Notes: generated by a model from the sequence alone, not told the origin. DNA of 63,742 nt, filler included, from Cercozoa sp. M6MM (GCA_040357565.1; 9 parts of 9 records of this genome joined end to end with filler, not necessarily neighbours in it); one strand, 5' to 3'; positions 1-13,015 are shown, numbered from the whole stretch's first letter. Numbers and translations: made by a program.

Positions 1-88
<88 letters not shown>
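1..88. repeat. (GT)n microsatellite at window start
   Basis: Perfect GT dinucleotide run. Confidence 0.99.
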
Positions 89-89
<1 letters not shown>

Positions 90-251
90 GTATACGGCTT
101 GAATCCCAGATATGTTCATTGGGTCTAAATCAATTCACGCTACTGTCTTGCCTTCAGTTTCGTTTTAAACAAGACTTCTGTTGCTGCTGAGCCAGTGTTG
201 TCGAGTCGAGTGCAATCGCACCCTGTGACGCTTCGACTCATTTAAGAGATC

Positions 252-882
252 TTAGTATAGCGGTTTCTCGGACTCATCGCCGTACCTGTTTTATTCCGTC
301 CTCGTATAAATTTTAGTACAGCCCATGCTTGGCAGTATAGAGGTAATACTGATAGTAAAAGAAAGGTACGCTGGAGGCTGCGGTGGCGTGTACACAGGTG
401 GCTGGGGCTTAGGCTTGTACATGGTTGGCTTGGGCTTGTACACGGTCGGCTTGGGCTTGTACACGGTCGGCTTGGGCTTATACACGGTCGGCTTGGGCTT
501 GTAAGAATCGTACTTGTCGGACGAGTCGCTCGACCGGTCGTGCTTGTCGGACGAGTCGCTCGACCGGTCGTATTTGTCGGAAGAGTCGCTCGACCGGTAG
601 TACTTGTCGGACGAATCACCCGACCAGTCGTACTTGTCCGACGCCGAGTCACTCGGCCAGTTGTAGCCGCTTCCATAGTCATTGCGGCGATTGTGGCCTG
701 TACATAAAATTGACATGACACGAGATAGTAGAAATTGGTCAACTGAAGAAAATTCAATCACCATGCAAGTGGATTTTCTTTTGGTACTTTCGGCCACGAC
801 CGTGCTTACCGTGACGGTTACCGCGAGCAGCGACTTCAGCCGACAAGGCGAGCACAGCAACAAGACCGAGCAGCAGTTTCAT
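252..882 (-). CDS. Secreted repetitive Ser/Asp- and Tyr/Lys/Pro-rich protein (extensin/adhesive-like), 3 exons
   Basis: ATG at 882 gives signal peptide MKLLLGLVAVLALSAEVAA; GTAAGC..TACAG intron joins in frame to an exon with about 5x 10-aa SSDSSDKYDR-type and 5x YKPKP repeats; GTACCT..AACAG intron then YGDESEKPLY-TAA at 252-254. Confidence 0.75.
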
Positions 883-1599
883 GGTGATGTGATGATTCGT
901 TTCAGTTCCGATTGAGTCAGTTCACAAGGCAGTAGGGCCGATGGAGCAGTTTTTTGAGAGAATAGAGAGAAGACAAAATGTGTATGAGAAACACTCCTTG
1001 CGCTGAAGACACCGAAGCGTTCTTCGGTGCTCTGTGGCTTAGTTTCCGAAGGACGTTGCTTTCGAGCTTTTGCAATTGGACCGGAGTTGCTTTTAATTTA
1101 CTAAAACAAGTTCAATTTCGTTTTCTTTAAAAAAAACTCACTTCTTTTCGGTCCCCAGAGTCTTTGTTCATGAATATGGGCCCTTTCAATGCGTCTTTAG
1201 CATACACATACCCAGACCGGTCATGCGGGGTCTGAAGTTTCTCGAGCAAGTTAGTTCAGGCACAGCAGTCACAGTTGTCTTTATAACTTATTTTATCGAC
1301 CTCAAGGGCAACGCATCTATACGATACTCAGGTACAGTAGCAAAATACTGGGAGGCAACGTGTTAAATCCCGAGTGTTGTCTTTGGTGGGATTTGAGGAG
1401 GCTCGCCCAGGAAGTCTGGTTGCAGTATGCCAGTCCGAAAGTGCGTTCGGACCACGTGAAAGTTGAAACGACTCTGGTGCAGCTTTTCGTGGCTGTGTCG
1501 CAAGCACCGACGACACCCATAATATGAAGCTATTGCGTGGTACTATTTTAACCAAGACCTCACTACCCAGTGCCTAAATTTACTCTCCCCTCCCAGATC

Positions 1600-2866
1600 T
1601 GCTGCTTCTGGCAGTGGTCTGCAAGAACGTCGTCGCTGCAAAAGTCGAGACCTTGGTATAAATTTAATGCTATAGCAGAACATCCACTCGGCTCCAGGTT
1701 TACTCGGGTTTCTGCTGTCGACAGGAAACACATGAAAGAGTCGTGCCGAGTCCTTCCGAAATCCATAAAGTCGACAGAGAGAATCGAAATGTGCACCCTG
1801 AAGTGGCGCATCCGTACGAAACGCCTCTTAGTGGTACCAACCCGGGCTCTTTCTTTCTTCTCCAGAAGAGAAGCAACAAAGTTAAACTTCGGTATATCTA
1901 GGAACGGCTGCACGCTATGCGACACGTACGGAGCACCGTGCTGATGGAACAGGTGTCGAGATGGAGCACCAAGCCGAGCACCAGACGTACCCGGGCGAAG
2001 AAATCGTGGTTCTTACACACTCGGCTCCCACCGCCGTACCCTCCCCCGCTCATCTGCAACAGCAGAGTTGTTTTATCTACTTATGTGCGCGGACAACAGG
2101 ACCAACTAATGTTCATGAAGTCTGGGTGGTACGTCTACTGCTTACACCTTCTGCATGCACCTGAGTCGGTGGGTGACATGAGCAAGCTTGCGGTATCTTG
2201 GAATCGTTTCTTAATTTCCCCGGAGGCTGTGGGGGATACTTTGTTTATAGGAGGTGAAATCCGAGTTCTACCGCAAAGTCGAGGAAGTCTCGCGACCAAA
2301 ATTGCCGTCCTTTATCGAACCAAACGGCCTGGACAAGGAACTCTTGGCATCGACTACCACCGCGGTTTCGCATCGTGCCTTTGGTATGTTGGAGGGACTA
2401 AGTTTCTTTGCAAAACATGCAAGGAAACCGTCTTAGTATTACAACTTTAATTCCAGACAACTTGGCCTGCGGCTTCACGGTGTCTTCGCACCTCTGGTGG
2501 ACAGCCGCCTATCAAAAGTTCCTCCACCAAGGAGCCGTGCACGCGATCGACTTCCATAACCTCATGAGTCACACCGTCATCGTGATTGTGGAACCCACTA
2601 TCTCCGAAGAGGTATATTCCTCGTGTGCCTTGCTTTCACCATGTGTCTCTTGCTGCACCCTTTCGTGTTGCTTGTACCCTAGCTGTTGGGCCATTTCCTC
2701 ACAAACCGAGGGCCAAACCAAGCGCATCAAGTCGAGCCGTCGGCGATGGACTCCGAAAGGGAGTCGGAACTTGTGCGACGCGCCGTCGCAGTGATGCGCG
2801 ATGTCAACATGTGTGACGTAACACCATCTTTCCACTATACACTGTTCCACTTACATTGCTGAGACT

Positions 2867-2924
<58 letters not shown>

Positions 2925-3929
2925 CAGGTGTTTGTGCGTTCCAACGATGACGAAGCACTCGTGTACGACGTCGATGTAAATCCGGACGTCCAATACGCCG
3001 CAAGTGCAACTGCGGAAGACCGTGAGCATGGAGCAGGCAAGATCAAAAAGATGACGCTTCCGCTTGGCGTGATCGGATGCGTCTCACTCGACGCCATCTT
3101 CGACACACTCGTCAGCTCAGGTGCTGCCTTACTTTCGAAATCTGCTTCATTAAAACGTGTACACTCTTGATTAAGCAGTAAAGAAGAACGCCGTGAAGGG
3201 CCTGCAAGTCATGAGTGTCGCCTACCGTCCTACCGCTGTCATGCTACGTCTCATTGACGTCGTGGGTTTTTCCTTTTGCATTCGCAATCTTTTACTCTTG
3301 CCACATCTTTCTATCCCGAGAGACTGCGCAGTACAACGCAGAGTTCCTCTACAATGCGATCGGGCAGGAAGGAAGCGAGAACGCCTACCGTTCCAAGAAG
3401 GGCCTTCAGGTGCCGCTACCAGACGACTTGCGCGATGCAGTGAAAGAACACAGTGCAGAGATGCAGGTGCACATGCTTCTGTTTCTTTTGGAATTCAGTT
3501 CCTTCGTTTTACGAAGGATTTTGCTGACTTGTTGCAGGGCCTGCTCGCCGATAGTCTGCGTGCACGCATTCGACACGTGTTTTGGCCGGGCGGTGAGAAA
3601 ATCCGCACGCTCGATGACCTGAAACACTTTTCGGCCTTTGGTGCGTCGGAAGCCTCTGGAGAAGCACTGGTACTGAAGTGCCTTCACCTTCAGTTGGTGT
3701 TGTGTTTCAATTTAGTGGTGTTTCAATCTGCGTGCAGGCCGATGAGTTGGCCCTGCTGCAGTTGTACACGAACGCTGGTCGTCCCACCAAACTGGTCGAA
3801 GAAGTCAGCACATCCGAGGTTCCAATGACGCCGCCAGCAGAAGCTAAAGAGACTGCTGCAGCGCTAGAAACTGAAGAGGCAGCTGGAAAGGCAGAGCCAG
3901 AAACTACAGAGGAAGAGGCCGAAGAGTAA
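1600..3929 (+). CDS. Multi-exon hypothetical protein with acidic C-terminal tail (5' end uncertain)
   Basis: Series of GT-AG-bounded protein-like exons (e.g. KSEFYRKVEEVSRPKLPSFIEPNG, VFVRSNDDEALVYDVDVNPD) ending ...ETTEEEAEE-stop at 3929. Confidence 0.55.
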
Positions 3930-4134
3930 CGTGACGCACGTTTACTTGAACTAAGGTTACGTTATATCAAGCGGTCTCGTCTCCTGATCGCCGATCTCCC
4001 GACTGACCAGAGACTCTTTACTGATAGCGAAAACTGATCCGCGCGGATTCTGACAAAAGCTAAAGAAAAAAAAACGAGACAGGAGGGGACAGCCAACACT
4101 GTATGCCCAAACATGGGTTGGTTCTGCACGAGAG

Positions 4135-5505
4135 ATGTCGCAGACAACGAATGAGCAGCTTTCACTTTTCAGTGAGAACGATTCGGGTTCGCAAAGGTTC
4201 GATTTTGTGAAGGACTGTTCGTCAATTTCAAGCACCTCGAGCACGGAAACCTTCAAGTTTACCAATGTCGAAAATGCGCTCAAGCTACTGACGTCTGAGA
4301 ACGCTGTACTTAGAACCGAACTGTCAAAAACCCTGTCCTCTTTGGATGATGTGTAAGTCAGTTGCAGAAGCCTGTTTTAATTGTATTTTTAGTTACATGC
4401 TCGGATATGCAGGTTACAGGAAAGCGACGACGAGACGAGATTCCTCAGAAGCAAACTTCGCAGCTTGGCTCTGAACAACGACGCACTCGTTCGAGAGAGC
4501 AGAAGAGCCACGGACTTAAGTCGACAAGTGTATTTATTCATACATCCGTCCTTTCAGTTTATCAAACTGTCCCTGTCCATGTCCAGTTCGTGAGCATTCT
4601 CATCTCACTGTCTCGCAGGCTCTCTGAATTGGACCAACACCAACGACGAGAAAAGTTGCTAGAACGAAAGATTCAGCGGTTGGAGCGAGAGTTTACAGCG
4701 CTGAAGCGTGAGACAGAGAGCCAACGGAACAACTCAACACCTGAATCAGTCAACATGTCTTCACAAACTGATGCCGTCCCCGTCCACGCGAATACGATGA
4801 CTTCGTGCATCGGCAGAGCGAGCGCTAGCGAGGCGTACGCTATTCAAGTGCTCAAAGACCGCAACGTCAATATGACTTCTGCTGGAAACGTGGACTCAAT
4901 TATAGCAGAGCGGGATTCTGCTTTGCAAGTAGCAGAGCAGATGCAGCAGCTTGTACAGCGCACGAGAAGGAAATACCTCAAGCTTAAACAACGATACCGC
5001 AGCCTGCGAACTACGTCGGCGCCTTCTCGGGTTCACGAAAATTGCACAGCGCCAGCGCTCTTCAAAAAAACTGAGCGATGTGCGGTGTGGAGTTCAGAGT
5101 CCCGGAAAACCAACAAAGAAGTCTTCAGATTGTACTCACTCTTCAGCGGTTTCTTCCTTGAGATCTGTATAGTGTATTCGTCACAGATGTTGCAAGCAAA
5201 TGCTGTTTCTTCTCCAAAACTGCTCATCATCGCTGTTCCGTGACGAAAACGACCCTGCCAGTGACTCGGAGAGCGACCAAGGCAGGTGGAACAAACGCGG
5301 CAGTTTCGTGCAGTCACACAATCCAAATCAACTGCGACGACAATGGCATTCCCGCGACAGCAGCGACGACAGCGCATCACTTGCCTCTGATGTCACCGAG
5401 AAACTTCGCCAGACGCTCGAAACTGTCACTTTTCTGACCGATCCGGAGTCATTTCGATCCGCCGGTGTGCAGTTGAAGCCCGACATTTTGCACGTCGCTG
5501 CTTGA
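4135..5505 (+). CDS. Hypothetical coiled-coil protein, spliced
   Basis: ORF segments with heptad-like stretches (REKLLERKIQRLEREFTALKRE; ALQVAEQMQQLVQR) separated by short GT-AG introns. Confidence 0.5.
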
Positions 5506-5834
5506 CGTGAACAAACAGTTCGACCAGCGCGGTTGCTACGCTAGCTATTTTCGTAATCGAGTGAAGCAGCTACAGTAAAAAAGTCACCGCACGGCCGCAC
5601 CTTCCCTCTCGTCATTCGATTGTGCGGCACGTAAACTAGCATATTGATCACCGTCTGGCCGTCCACGGTCTTTTTTGGATGAGGGCATCTTCTTTTTCGC
5701 TCAGCGCCTGGATCAAACGCTGGCCCGCATCGATGACCGACTGAGCGCCGTCGATCGAGCCGGCCCGCTCGACAACGCAGGTCACTGACTAATCAAGTAC
5801 TGCTACGTTTAAAATAGCAGTTTCAATCGCGTCG

Positions 5835-6488
5835 CTACAACGTTGACTTCTGAGCTTGGGCAGCGAGCCAATCGGCCACTGCAAGGCCAGTGCCGAACGG
5901 CCACGGACGCAGTTTCGCTGTCTCGACCAGACGGTAGTCACGCAGCTCGTGCTTGTCCAGTGTGATGTCACCACGTACACTCACATGGTACACCACGATC
6001 ACTTGGTTCATCCGCGGGAAACCGTAGGCTCCCACCAACGAGACAAGTCGGGCCGATTCTACGCCCTAAAATTCAGCGTGATTTCACAAGTTGTGCTCGA
6101 GCACAGAAAAGCAGATGACACACCAGTTCTTCTTTAACCTCCCGGAGAATGCCTTTCGAGGGCGACTCCCGCATTTCCAGAAAGCCCGAAACCAGAGCGT
6201 ATATGTGCTTCGGCCAAGCACGAGAGTTTACAAGCACGACTTTGGCATCCTCTTCTCGCTGCACAATCGCCGCGACAACAGGCGTCGGGTTGTTGTAGTG
6301 CACGTATCCACACTTAGCGCACGTGCGGCGCATCTTTTCTTCATGCTGATTAAACTTGTCGCACAATGGCGTAGCGCACTTTGGACAAAAGCTGAAACTG
6401 AAAACCGAAAGACAAAACTAAACTTAAAAATACTCGTGCAATGGTGATATCAATACGTGCTTGTTGAAGAAAGAGCAGCTGACGCCAT
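5835..6488 (-). CDS. Zinc-ribbon NUDIX hydrolase (NudC/ADP-ribose pyrophosphatase-like)
   Basis: FCPKC...CAKCGYVHYNNPTPVVAAIV zinc ribbon; Nudix box GFLEMRESPSKGILREVKEEL; C-terminus RMNQVIVVYHV...PWPFGTGLAVADWL; two introns. Confidence 0.9.
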
Positions 6489-6690
6489 GATCACGACCGA
6501 TTTAACTACCAGCACCAAATAAACCAAACATACACACGCATGCGAAAATCAGTCCTCTATATTCTTTAGTTCTCATAATTATTTATGTTTTGCAGTGTGA
6601 TCCGGCGCTCAGTCGCTGACGACTCGCCGCGAGATCCAGTGCAGTGTGTTCGAGCAATAGTGTGTGTTTAGTTTGAAAAGCACAACCCAA

Positions 6691-7104
6691 ATGCTATCGG
6701 CTTTGTTGGCGTCGGCCCTGCACCCGGCCGAGGTACGCCTGTGGTTTTGCTGCTGTCAAAGTATGTGTGTGAGATAGGACTCAATTTTAATGGTTGTGGG
6801 AACAGGTGGCGGCCATGCTAAAGCTCAAACTGAACAGTGGAGTCAAGTATCAGCGCACGCAAGAGCCTTTGGTACTCGGGTGTGCTTGCAATCGTGTGTT
6901 GAGTTGTATGTGTATGGATGGATCAGTCGGAACTGGGTCACTTGGAGCCGCGAGAGTACACTTACCAGGTACTACTACTTACTTGATGTGCAGGCGTATA
7001 GGAGTGCGCATATGTGTCTGCATGTAGGCCCTGGTGAAGACGTCGCGCAGTTTCGCCGTCGTGATTCAGTTGCTGCCGGAGGCGCTGGCCGACGCTGTTG
7101 CCGT
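6691..7104 (+). CDS. FDFT1: Squalene synthase, N-terminal exons (truncated by contig end)
   Basis: MLSALLASALHPAE|VAAMLKLKL... then LVKTSRSFAVVIQLLPEALADAVAV, matching the conserved TSRSF motif. Confidence 0.85.
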
Positions 7105-7136
7105 ACCGCTTCTCTGCCAGCTGTTCTCACTCCCCC

Positions 7137-7236
7137 NNNNNNNNNNNNNNNNNNNNNNNNNNNNNNNNNNNNNNNNNNNNTTAATTAATTAANNNNNNNN
7201 NNNNNNNNNNNNNNNNNNNNNNNNNNNNNNNNNNNN
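7137..7236. other. Artificial contig-joining spacer (N-TTAATTAATTAA-N); core also at 14157, 33594, 44148, 47626, 51871, 60926, 62588
   Basis: Identical six-frame-stop 12-mer flanked by N runs eight times; flanking genes generally unrelated. Confidence 0.97.
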
Positions 7237-7237
7237 T

Positions 7238-7386
7238 CGGAGACGCCTCCGCAGGAGGAGCTGGTGCACGCGCACTCGGCGCACGCCGAGCAACTGCCGC
7301 CGGCGCCGAAGCTGAGTGCGCCGGTGACGCGACTGACCTCGTGGCGCGACGTGCTGGCCTGGCGCGCCGCGCAGCCGCTCCTGTGA
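7238..7386 (+). CDS. Terminal exon of an unidentified gene (weak resemblance to M16 insulinase C-terminus)
   Basis: GC-rich coding-like frame SETPPQEELV...TRLTSWRDVLAWRAAQPLL-TGA at contig start. Confidence 0.4.
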
Positions 7387-7409
7387 TCGGGGTGCCCCCT
7401 CCCAACTGT

Positions 7410-7725
7410 GACTAACTCGAGTCAGTTCGTTAGATGAGTCTTCTGGGAAACCAACTGGATTATTCTAACAATTCAGTACTCGAATTACTCGCATATGGCT
7501 CGAATTACTCGTGAGCATTTTGAGTAACTCGAGTCGATTACTCTCAGCACTCGAGTTACCTACTTCATTAATTGCTCGAGTTACCCAATAAATTACTCGA
7601 GTTACCTACTTCATTAATTGCTCGAGTTACCCAATAAATTACTCGAGTTACCCAATAAATTACTCGANNNNNNNNNNTCGAGTTACCCAATAAATTACTC
7701 GAGTTACCCAATAAATTACTCGAGA
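7410..7725. repeat. 21-bp tandem satellite TACTCGAGTTACCCAATAAAT with degenerate flanks
   Basis: Unit repeated directly several times around an internal N gap. Confidence 0.9.
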
Positions 7726-7829
7726 CTCATCTGCGGAGAACAAACGACTTAAGACACATTTTCGTCACACAGTTTGCGCTGTCTGTGAGTCCGCGAGACA
7801 AGGAAGTCGAAAGTAAATCAGACGAAGGT

Positions 7830-9450
7830 GCAGTATACTGTATGAGCTACCAACCCAGTGGCAGGGTGTGTCTCTGGTCAGCATATCCAGGTATTTGAGT
7901 TGTGTGGCGTAGCTGCACCCCTTGGATAACTAGCTTGAGTGGCGCAATCGGTAGCGCGAGTGAAAGCTGCTACAGTGAGACTTGGACATTCGCGGAGTAA
8001 TTCAAGCCAGTCACTCACATTACTGACAATACTCTAGCCCAACAAATTATGTCGAAGTGCACGAATGCTTCGGGGATTTCAAGGCGTGCATCCGAGTCGA
8101 ACAAGATCAGCTGCAGGTTACATTTTGTTGGTCTACACGGCTGGTGCCTACGCTACTCTAGTCAAAGAAGCGTCTGCGACCGCGCGGAGCGGCCAAAAAG
8201 AGTCGCGACAACTCGCGGTGCGACAAACCGGCGCACGCGACGTTGAGTCGCATGTCGGCACCGTGTGCCACATTGATGTGCACCTCGTGCACGTGACTGC
8301 TCGGTTTCAGCAGCTTGGTGACAGGCGTACAAAGGCATGAACAAAAAAATAAAGCCAGCCTACCGAGGCACACGCTTGCGCCGCCCGAGCAGCAAAGCTG
8401 CGCCGCGAAACGCTTTGAGAATCGACCACAGCAGTGCGTTGAACAACGCAGCAATGTACAGCAGTGTGGGCTGTATGGCTAGCACATGTCCAACAGCAGG
8501 TGGCAGTAACCACCTCCGCACGAAAGTGTACGTGTTCACGAGCGCTCTCACTGTCCAAAACAGACCGAAGCGTTTCTCCTGGGTTGAAAAATTATTTAAA
8601 AAAAAAACACCACACGGTACCAGTGAGCGAAAAGTAATCCAACAGGGACGGAACAAAGTAGAGCACCAATGCCAGTGCAACAATGCTTTGCAAACCCCTG
8701 CCCAAACAAACACGTTGTTGAACGTTTGCAAAACAGATCAACTGGGAAGCTTTCAGTTCGACAAAACTGCATGCTTATACCCTGCAAGTTGAACAGCGCC
8801 GCCGTAAGCTGCGCGTGCCGACTGTACGTCGAACTGACTGGTCACTCGCACGCCCTGAACTCGCACAAATCAACTTAAACGCCCACAAGTCACGAAGAAA
8901 ACAACCGCGAATTTAATTTACAGTAACGTGCTGCCAGGCCACAGTTCGCTGACAACACTCGTCGAAGTAAAAGCACAGCACTTTGCGCACTGCGTTTCGT
9001 TGCACGTGCAGGCCATCTTGCTGGCACAACACGGTGGTTCCGGCACCTTTGTGAAATAAAAGGGCGCGATTTTTGGGATATTGTTTAGCCCGCGTCAATC
9101 ATTGGTGAAAGTTACCGTCCTTCAGAACGACGTCATTCGGCTCGTCGAGTCTACTGGCACCGTCGGAACTCTCGCTGCTGTCGGAATCGTCAGTGTGATT
9201 CGACACGATGCGAAAGCTTTTGTTGGACACGACGTGCACGTCGTGAGCTGTTCTTCCGCGAGCGTTCCACTAAAAATGAAAGAGGATCGCTGCAGCTTGC
9301 TTGTTTGTTTGAAAAACATAAAACAGAGAAAAAGAGAGAAAAGAGAGTTACATGCCCAAAATTCTGCTTGCCGAATAAAAGCCGAATCGTGACTTTCCCG
9401 CACGCGTCTAACTGCCCACGAAACACCAACAATCACCGGCGATAGGCAAA
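7830..9450 (-). CDS. Hypothetical multi-exon protein, probably with a transmembrane segment (boundaries approximate)
   Basis: Exon-like frames on minus strand, e.g. LLYIAALFNALLWSILKAF and LILFDSDARLEIPEAFVHFDIICW, with GT-AG introns. Confidence 0.35.
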
Positions 9451-10094
9451 ATAGCGCATATCAAGTTCTAACATATAAAGTTCTCACAGAACCAGAGGGG
9501 GCAAGCGACGTGCGGTCACAACTGTCAACACGAGTGCCCACACAACGTTGACCGCGTTGTGCAAATCGTTCACGTCAAGCATCGCAACTGGTTCTACACG
9601 GTTAAGCTCAAGAAACAACCGCCGATTTCACAAGCACCGACACTTTCTCAAGTCAAGTACCGCTGACTGTCTCGACCGGGTAATTGCCGCCATTCATTGG
9701 GAGCTGTGAAAGCACGTGCGCGTGCACCCACTCTTGTGCGAAATCCCACATCTCGGCACCACAACGACCGAGACAGTCCGCTATTAAACAATTTCCCTAT
9801 TTTCGCAACCGGCCGAAAAACTGAAATCGATCCCACGGGTCTTCAGAGATTTAGATCAGTTTGAGCTGCATAACCTAGTACCGACACAATAGTGCAGCAC
9901 AGTAGCAGTCTTTTAAAGCTTGCCGAATCGACCACGTGGAAGTGATGTGGAAGTGGTTCCGCCTGCCGCGGCCGACAGGTTAGAGTTTTCAGCGGCTCAG
10001 GGAGTTGCAGTTCATCAAAATAATGTAAAACACTGAACGGAAGCAAGCGAAAACCGAACGGGGGAAGAACACAATTGTTCGCGCCGAGCCGAGA

Positions 10095-10929
10095 TTAGAG
10101 GATCATGCAAATCTTCTTCTTGGACGGCGTGGGACCCGGGCCAGACTCCATACGGCGAATCTGTCGCACCACCTCAAAGAAGCAAGCCTCGTTGTTGATC
10201 TTCTCCTTGGCCGAGGTCTACACACCAAAAGTATATTGCGTGATCGGGTCAGAATCCCGCACCCGCGCGCGGAAGAACAAAAACTCAAGACGGCAAAACG
10301 AAACGAAGCACAGCTAAGACAGAGCGATTTACCTCAAAGAACGGGCAGCCCCACATGTCAGCCAGCGACTTGCCGTCCTCGTACTTGACCTGTCGCTCGT
10401 TCTCGAGATCGCTCTTGTTGGCCACGAGCACGATCGGCACCTTTTCCTGATCCTTGCTGCGCAGGATCTTCTCGTGCAGCACGCTCACCTCGTCGAACGA
10501 CGTCTTCGAGTCGATCGAGTAGACCAGGAGGAAACCCTTGCCCTCGCGCATCCACTGGTCCTGCATCGAGCTGAACTCCTCCTGGCCAGCCTACAGTCAT
10601 AGCTTTACACGTTTTTTCAAAGCTCAAACCTAAGCAGGCTGAAAGCTGAGCAAAAGCTTTGAGTGGCAAAAAGAAAGTATCGAAAAACAAGCTCCCACAG
10701 CGCAAATGAGCTCCAAAATTCTCCCTAAGCTTGCACGTACCGTATCGAGAATATCGAGCAGCGCCGTGTCGTCATCAATGATGACCTGCTTGCGGTAGCT
10801 GTCCTCGATGGTCGGATCGTACTCCTCCAGGAAGTTGTCCGTCACGAGACGAATCGTGAGCGCCGACTTACCGACACCACCGCCGCCGAGCACGACGATC
10901 TTGTACTCCAGGTTCTTAGCGTCAGACAT
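10095..10929 (-). CDS. ras: Ras family small GTPase, 3 exons (10929-10741, 10590-10333, 10217-10095)
   Basis: [19 protein letters not shown]|AGQE, NKSD, E|TSAK motifs; C-terminal [12 protein letters not shown] box then TAA. Confidence 0.97.
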
Positions 10930-11600
10930 CGTTTTTGTTTCACTGTCAGCGTTTCTCTGCCGTGTAATAAATCCGTTCTAAAACGTCCGGTTGCGCACAC
11001 AGGCTGTCTGTCTCCTGCGTTTGAACGATCTAAAGTCTCTGCTAACACACCGGACATCACCAAAACTCGAAAAAAAAAACGACACAAAACAAAAAGGGCA
11101 GCAGGCGTATCGCGACACGTACTGGGTGCTTGAGGAGGCCCAATATGCTACCCAAGATCTGTCAAAAAGGTAGGGACCCCGATCAAAACAATCGCGTGTG
11201 CCACGGAGCACCAAAGTCACCACAAAAAAAAATAAACAACAGAAATGGTGAAGGGCATGCACGCTCTTTCTGGTCGAAATGCGCAGTACCTGTCACGTAA
11301 TTGACACTTATGCGGTCTTTACTGTTGGGACCAGTCGGCGGTTGGGCTTGGGCACTTGATTGCTCAGAAGTAGTACAAATGGACTAAAGATTAACGGTTA
11401 TTTGTATTGTGCGTTGTGATGCGTTAGAAGCATACTAGACATTAATCACTTTCGTACACGGCTATAAAAGCTAGTGACTCGCCGATCAGAGTGTGTTCTT
11501 GTTGATCTGTTGATCTGTGGCGTTTTGTGTTTGCTCGGCGACCACTTTTGCGATTCATTGAACTAACGCGCACCGTGGAGGTTGGCGCACGTGGAAACAG

Positions 11601-12218
11601 TTAAGCCGTCGCCGCTTCATCAATCTCACGCAGTTTCTCCTCGATACGCGCAGATTGTGCTTCCTGTGAGCACCTTATAGTCGACAAGCGACACAAGGCC
11701 AGTACATCTCTGTGATGGTGGTACCAAAGCCATGATTTGTGACCGAAGGAGCTTGTTGCGCATGTCGCCATCTGAGCGCAGTCAATCAGTTCAACTCGTA
11801 CAGCACACCGCAAAAGTTAGGGTCAGTACAAATGGCAAAACTGAGCAGCTGTTGCAGCTCCAGTGCATCAACGAGTGTGCCTATCGTTTTGATCTTTGAG
11901 TCAACGCGAGTTCTCACTGCAAAAGCATCAAGTATCGACACCAGGGCTGACTGAATCGAATAATTTTGGACTGAATAATTTTAGACTGAATAATCAGCGT
12001 TTTTACTGCCATCGACGGTTTCGCGCACCTGGCCCAGTATCTCGTAGGCTGTTTCTGTACATTAAACGCCTCAACTGGCTGTGCAACAACTGTATGCTGA
12101 ACGCTCAAAACGCACCGTACGGGTCCACTTTGTCCTGTGTCGCCGCCGGCTCGGGTGTTCCTGTCGCGGCACCGGCGACCAGGCAGGGCACAAGCAGTGC
12201 TAGGAAGAACACGCGCAT
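11601..12218 (-). CDS. Small secreted hypothetical protein, spliced
   Basis: Signal peptide MRVFFLALLVPCLVAGAA; phase-compatible introns join ETAYEILGQVRETVDG and LVSILDAFAVRTRVDSK; likely end ...LREIDEAATA-TAA. Confidence 0.55.
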
Positions 12219-12410
12219 TTTTGTCACCGTAGATGTGCTAATGACGGCACGCGCAAGCACAACATGGTGTTCATTTCGGAGTTTTCTCGGCCCCAGTCGA
12301 TTAGAAAACGACACGCCGAAAAACCAAAAACTCTTTGATGCTCCGGACCCGCATTCTACAGCGAAGTTTTGTGCGCACGCGTGTGTCAGCAGCTAAACCT
12401 GCGCTTTTGA

Positions 12411-13015
<605 letters not shown>

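Noticed and set aside
5-190. ORFs such as MCVCVCV.., HTHTHT.., FTPLFTPL.., YIYIYI.. throughout the ORF track
   Set aside because: Translations of intronic microsatellites and C-rich repeats
1010-1029. 8-bp hairpin CACCGAAG/CTTCGGTG as a terminator
   Set aside because: Eukaryotic context, no U-tract, expected by chance in 64 kb
1600-3929. Faint resemblance to mitoribosomal DAP3/mS29
   Set aside because: No P-loop identified and similarity limited to a few residues; needs a profile search
7181-7192. Recurrent TTAATTAATTAA palindrome flanked by Ns
   Set aside because: Assembly concatenation spacer with stops in six frames; not biological, and adjacency across it is meaningless
7933-8009. tRNA-like sequence: GCTTGAG/TTCAAGC acceptor-like stem, GCGC D-arm and A-box TGGCGCAATCGG
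   Set aside because: No anticodon stem and no T-arm or B-box (GTTCRA); it overlaps a probable minus-strand exon. tRNAscan-SE would settle it.
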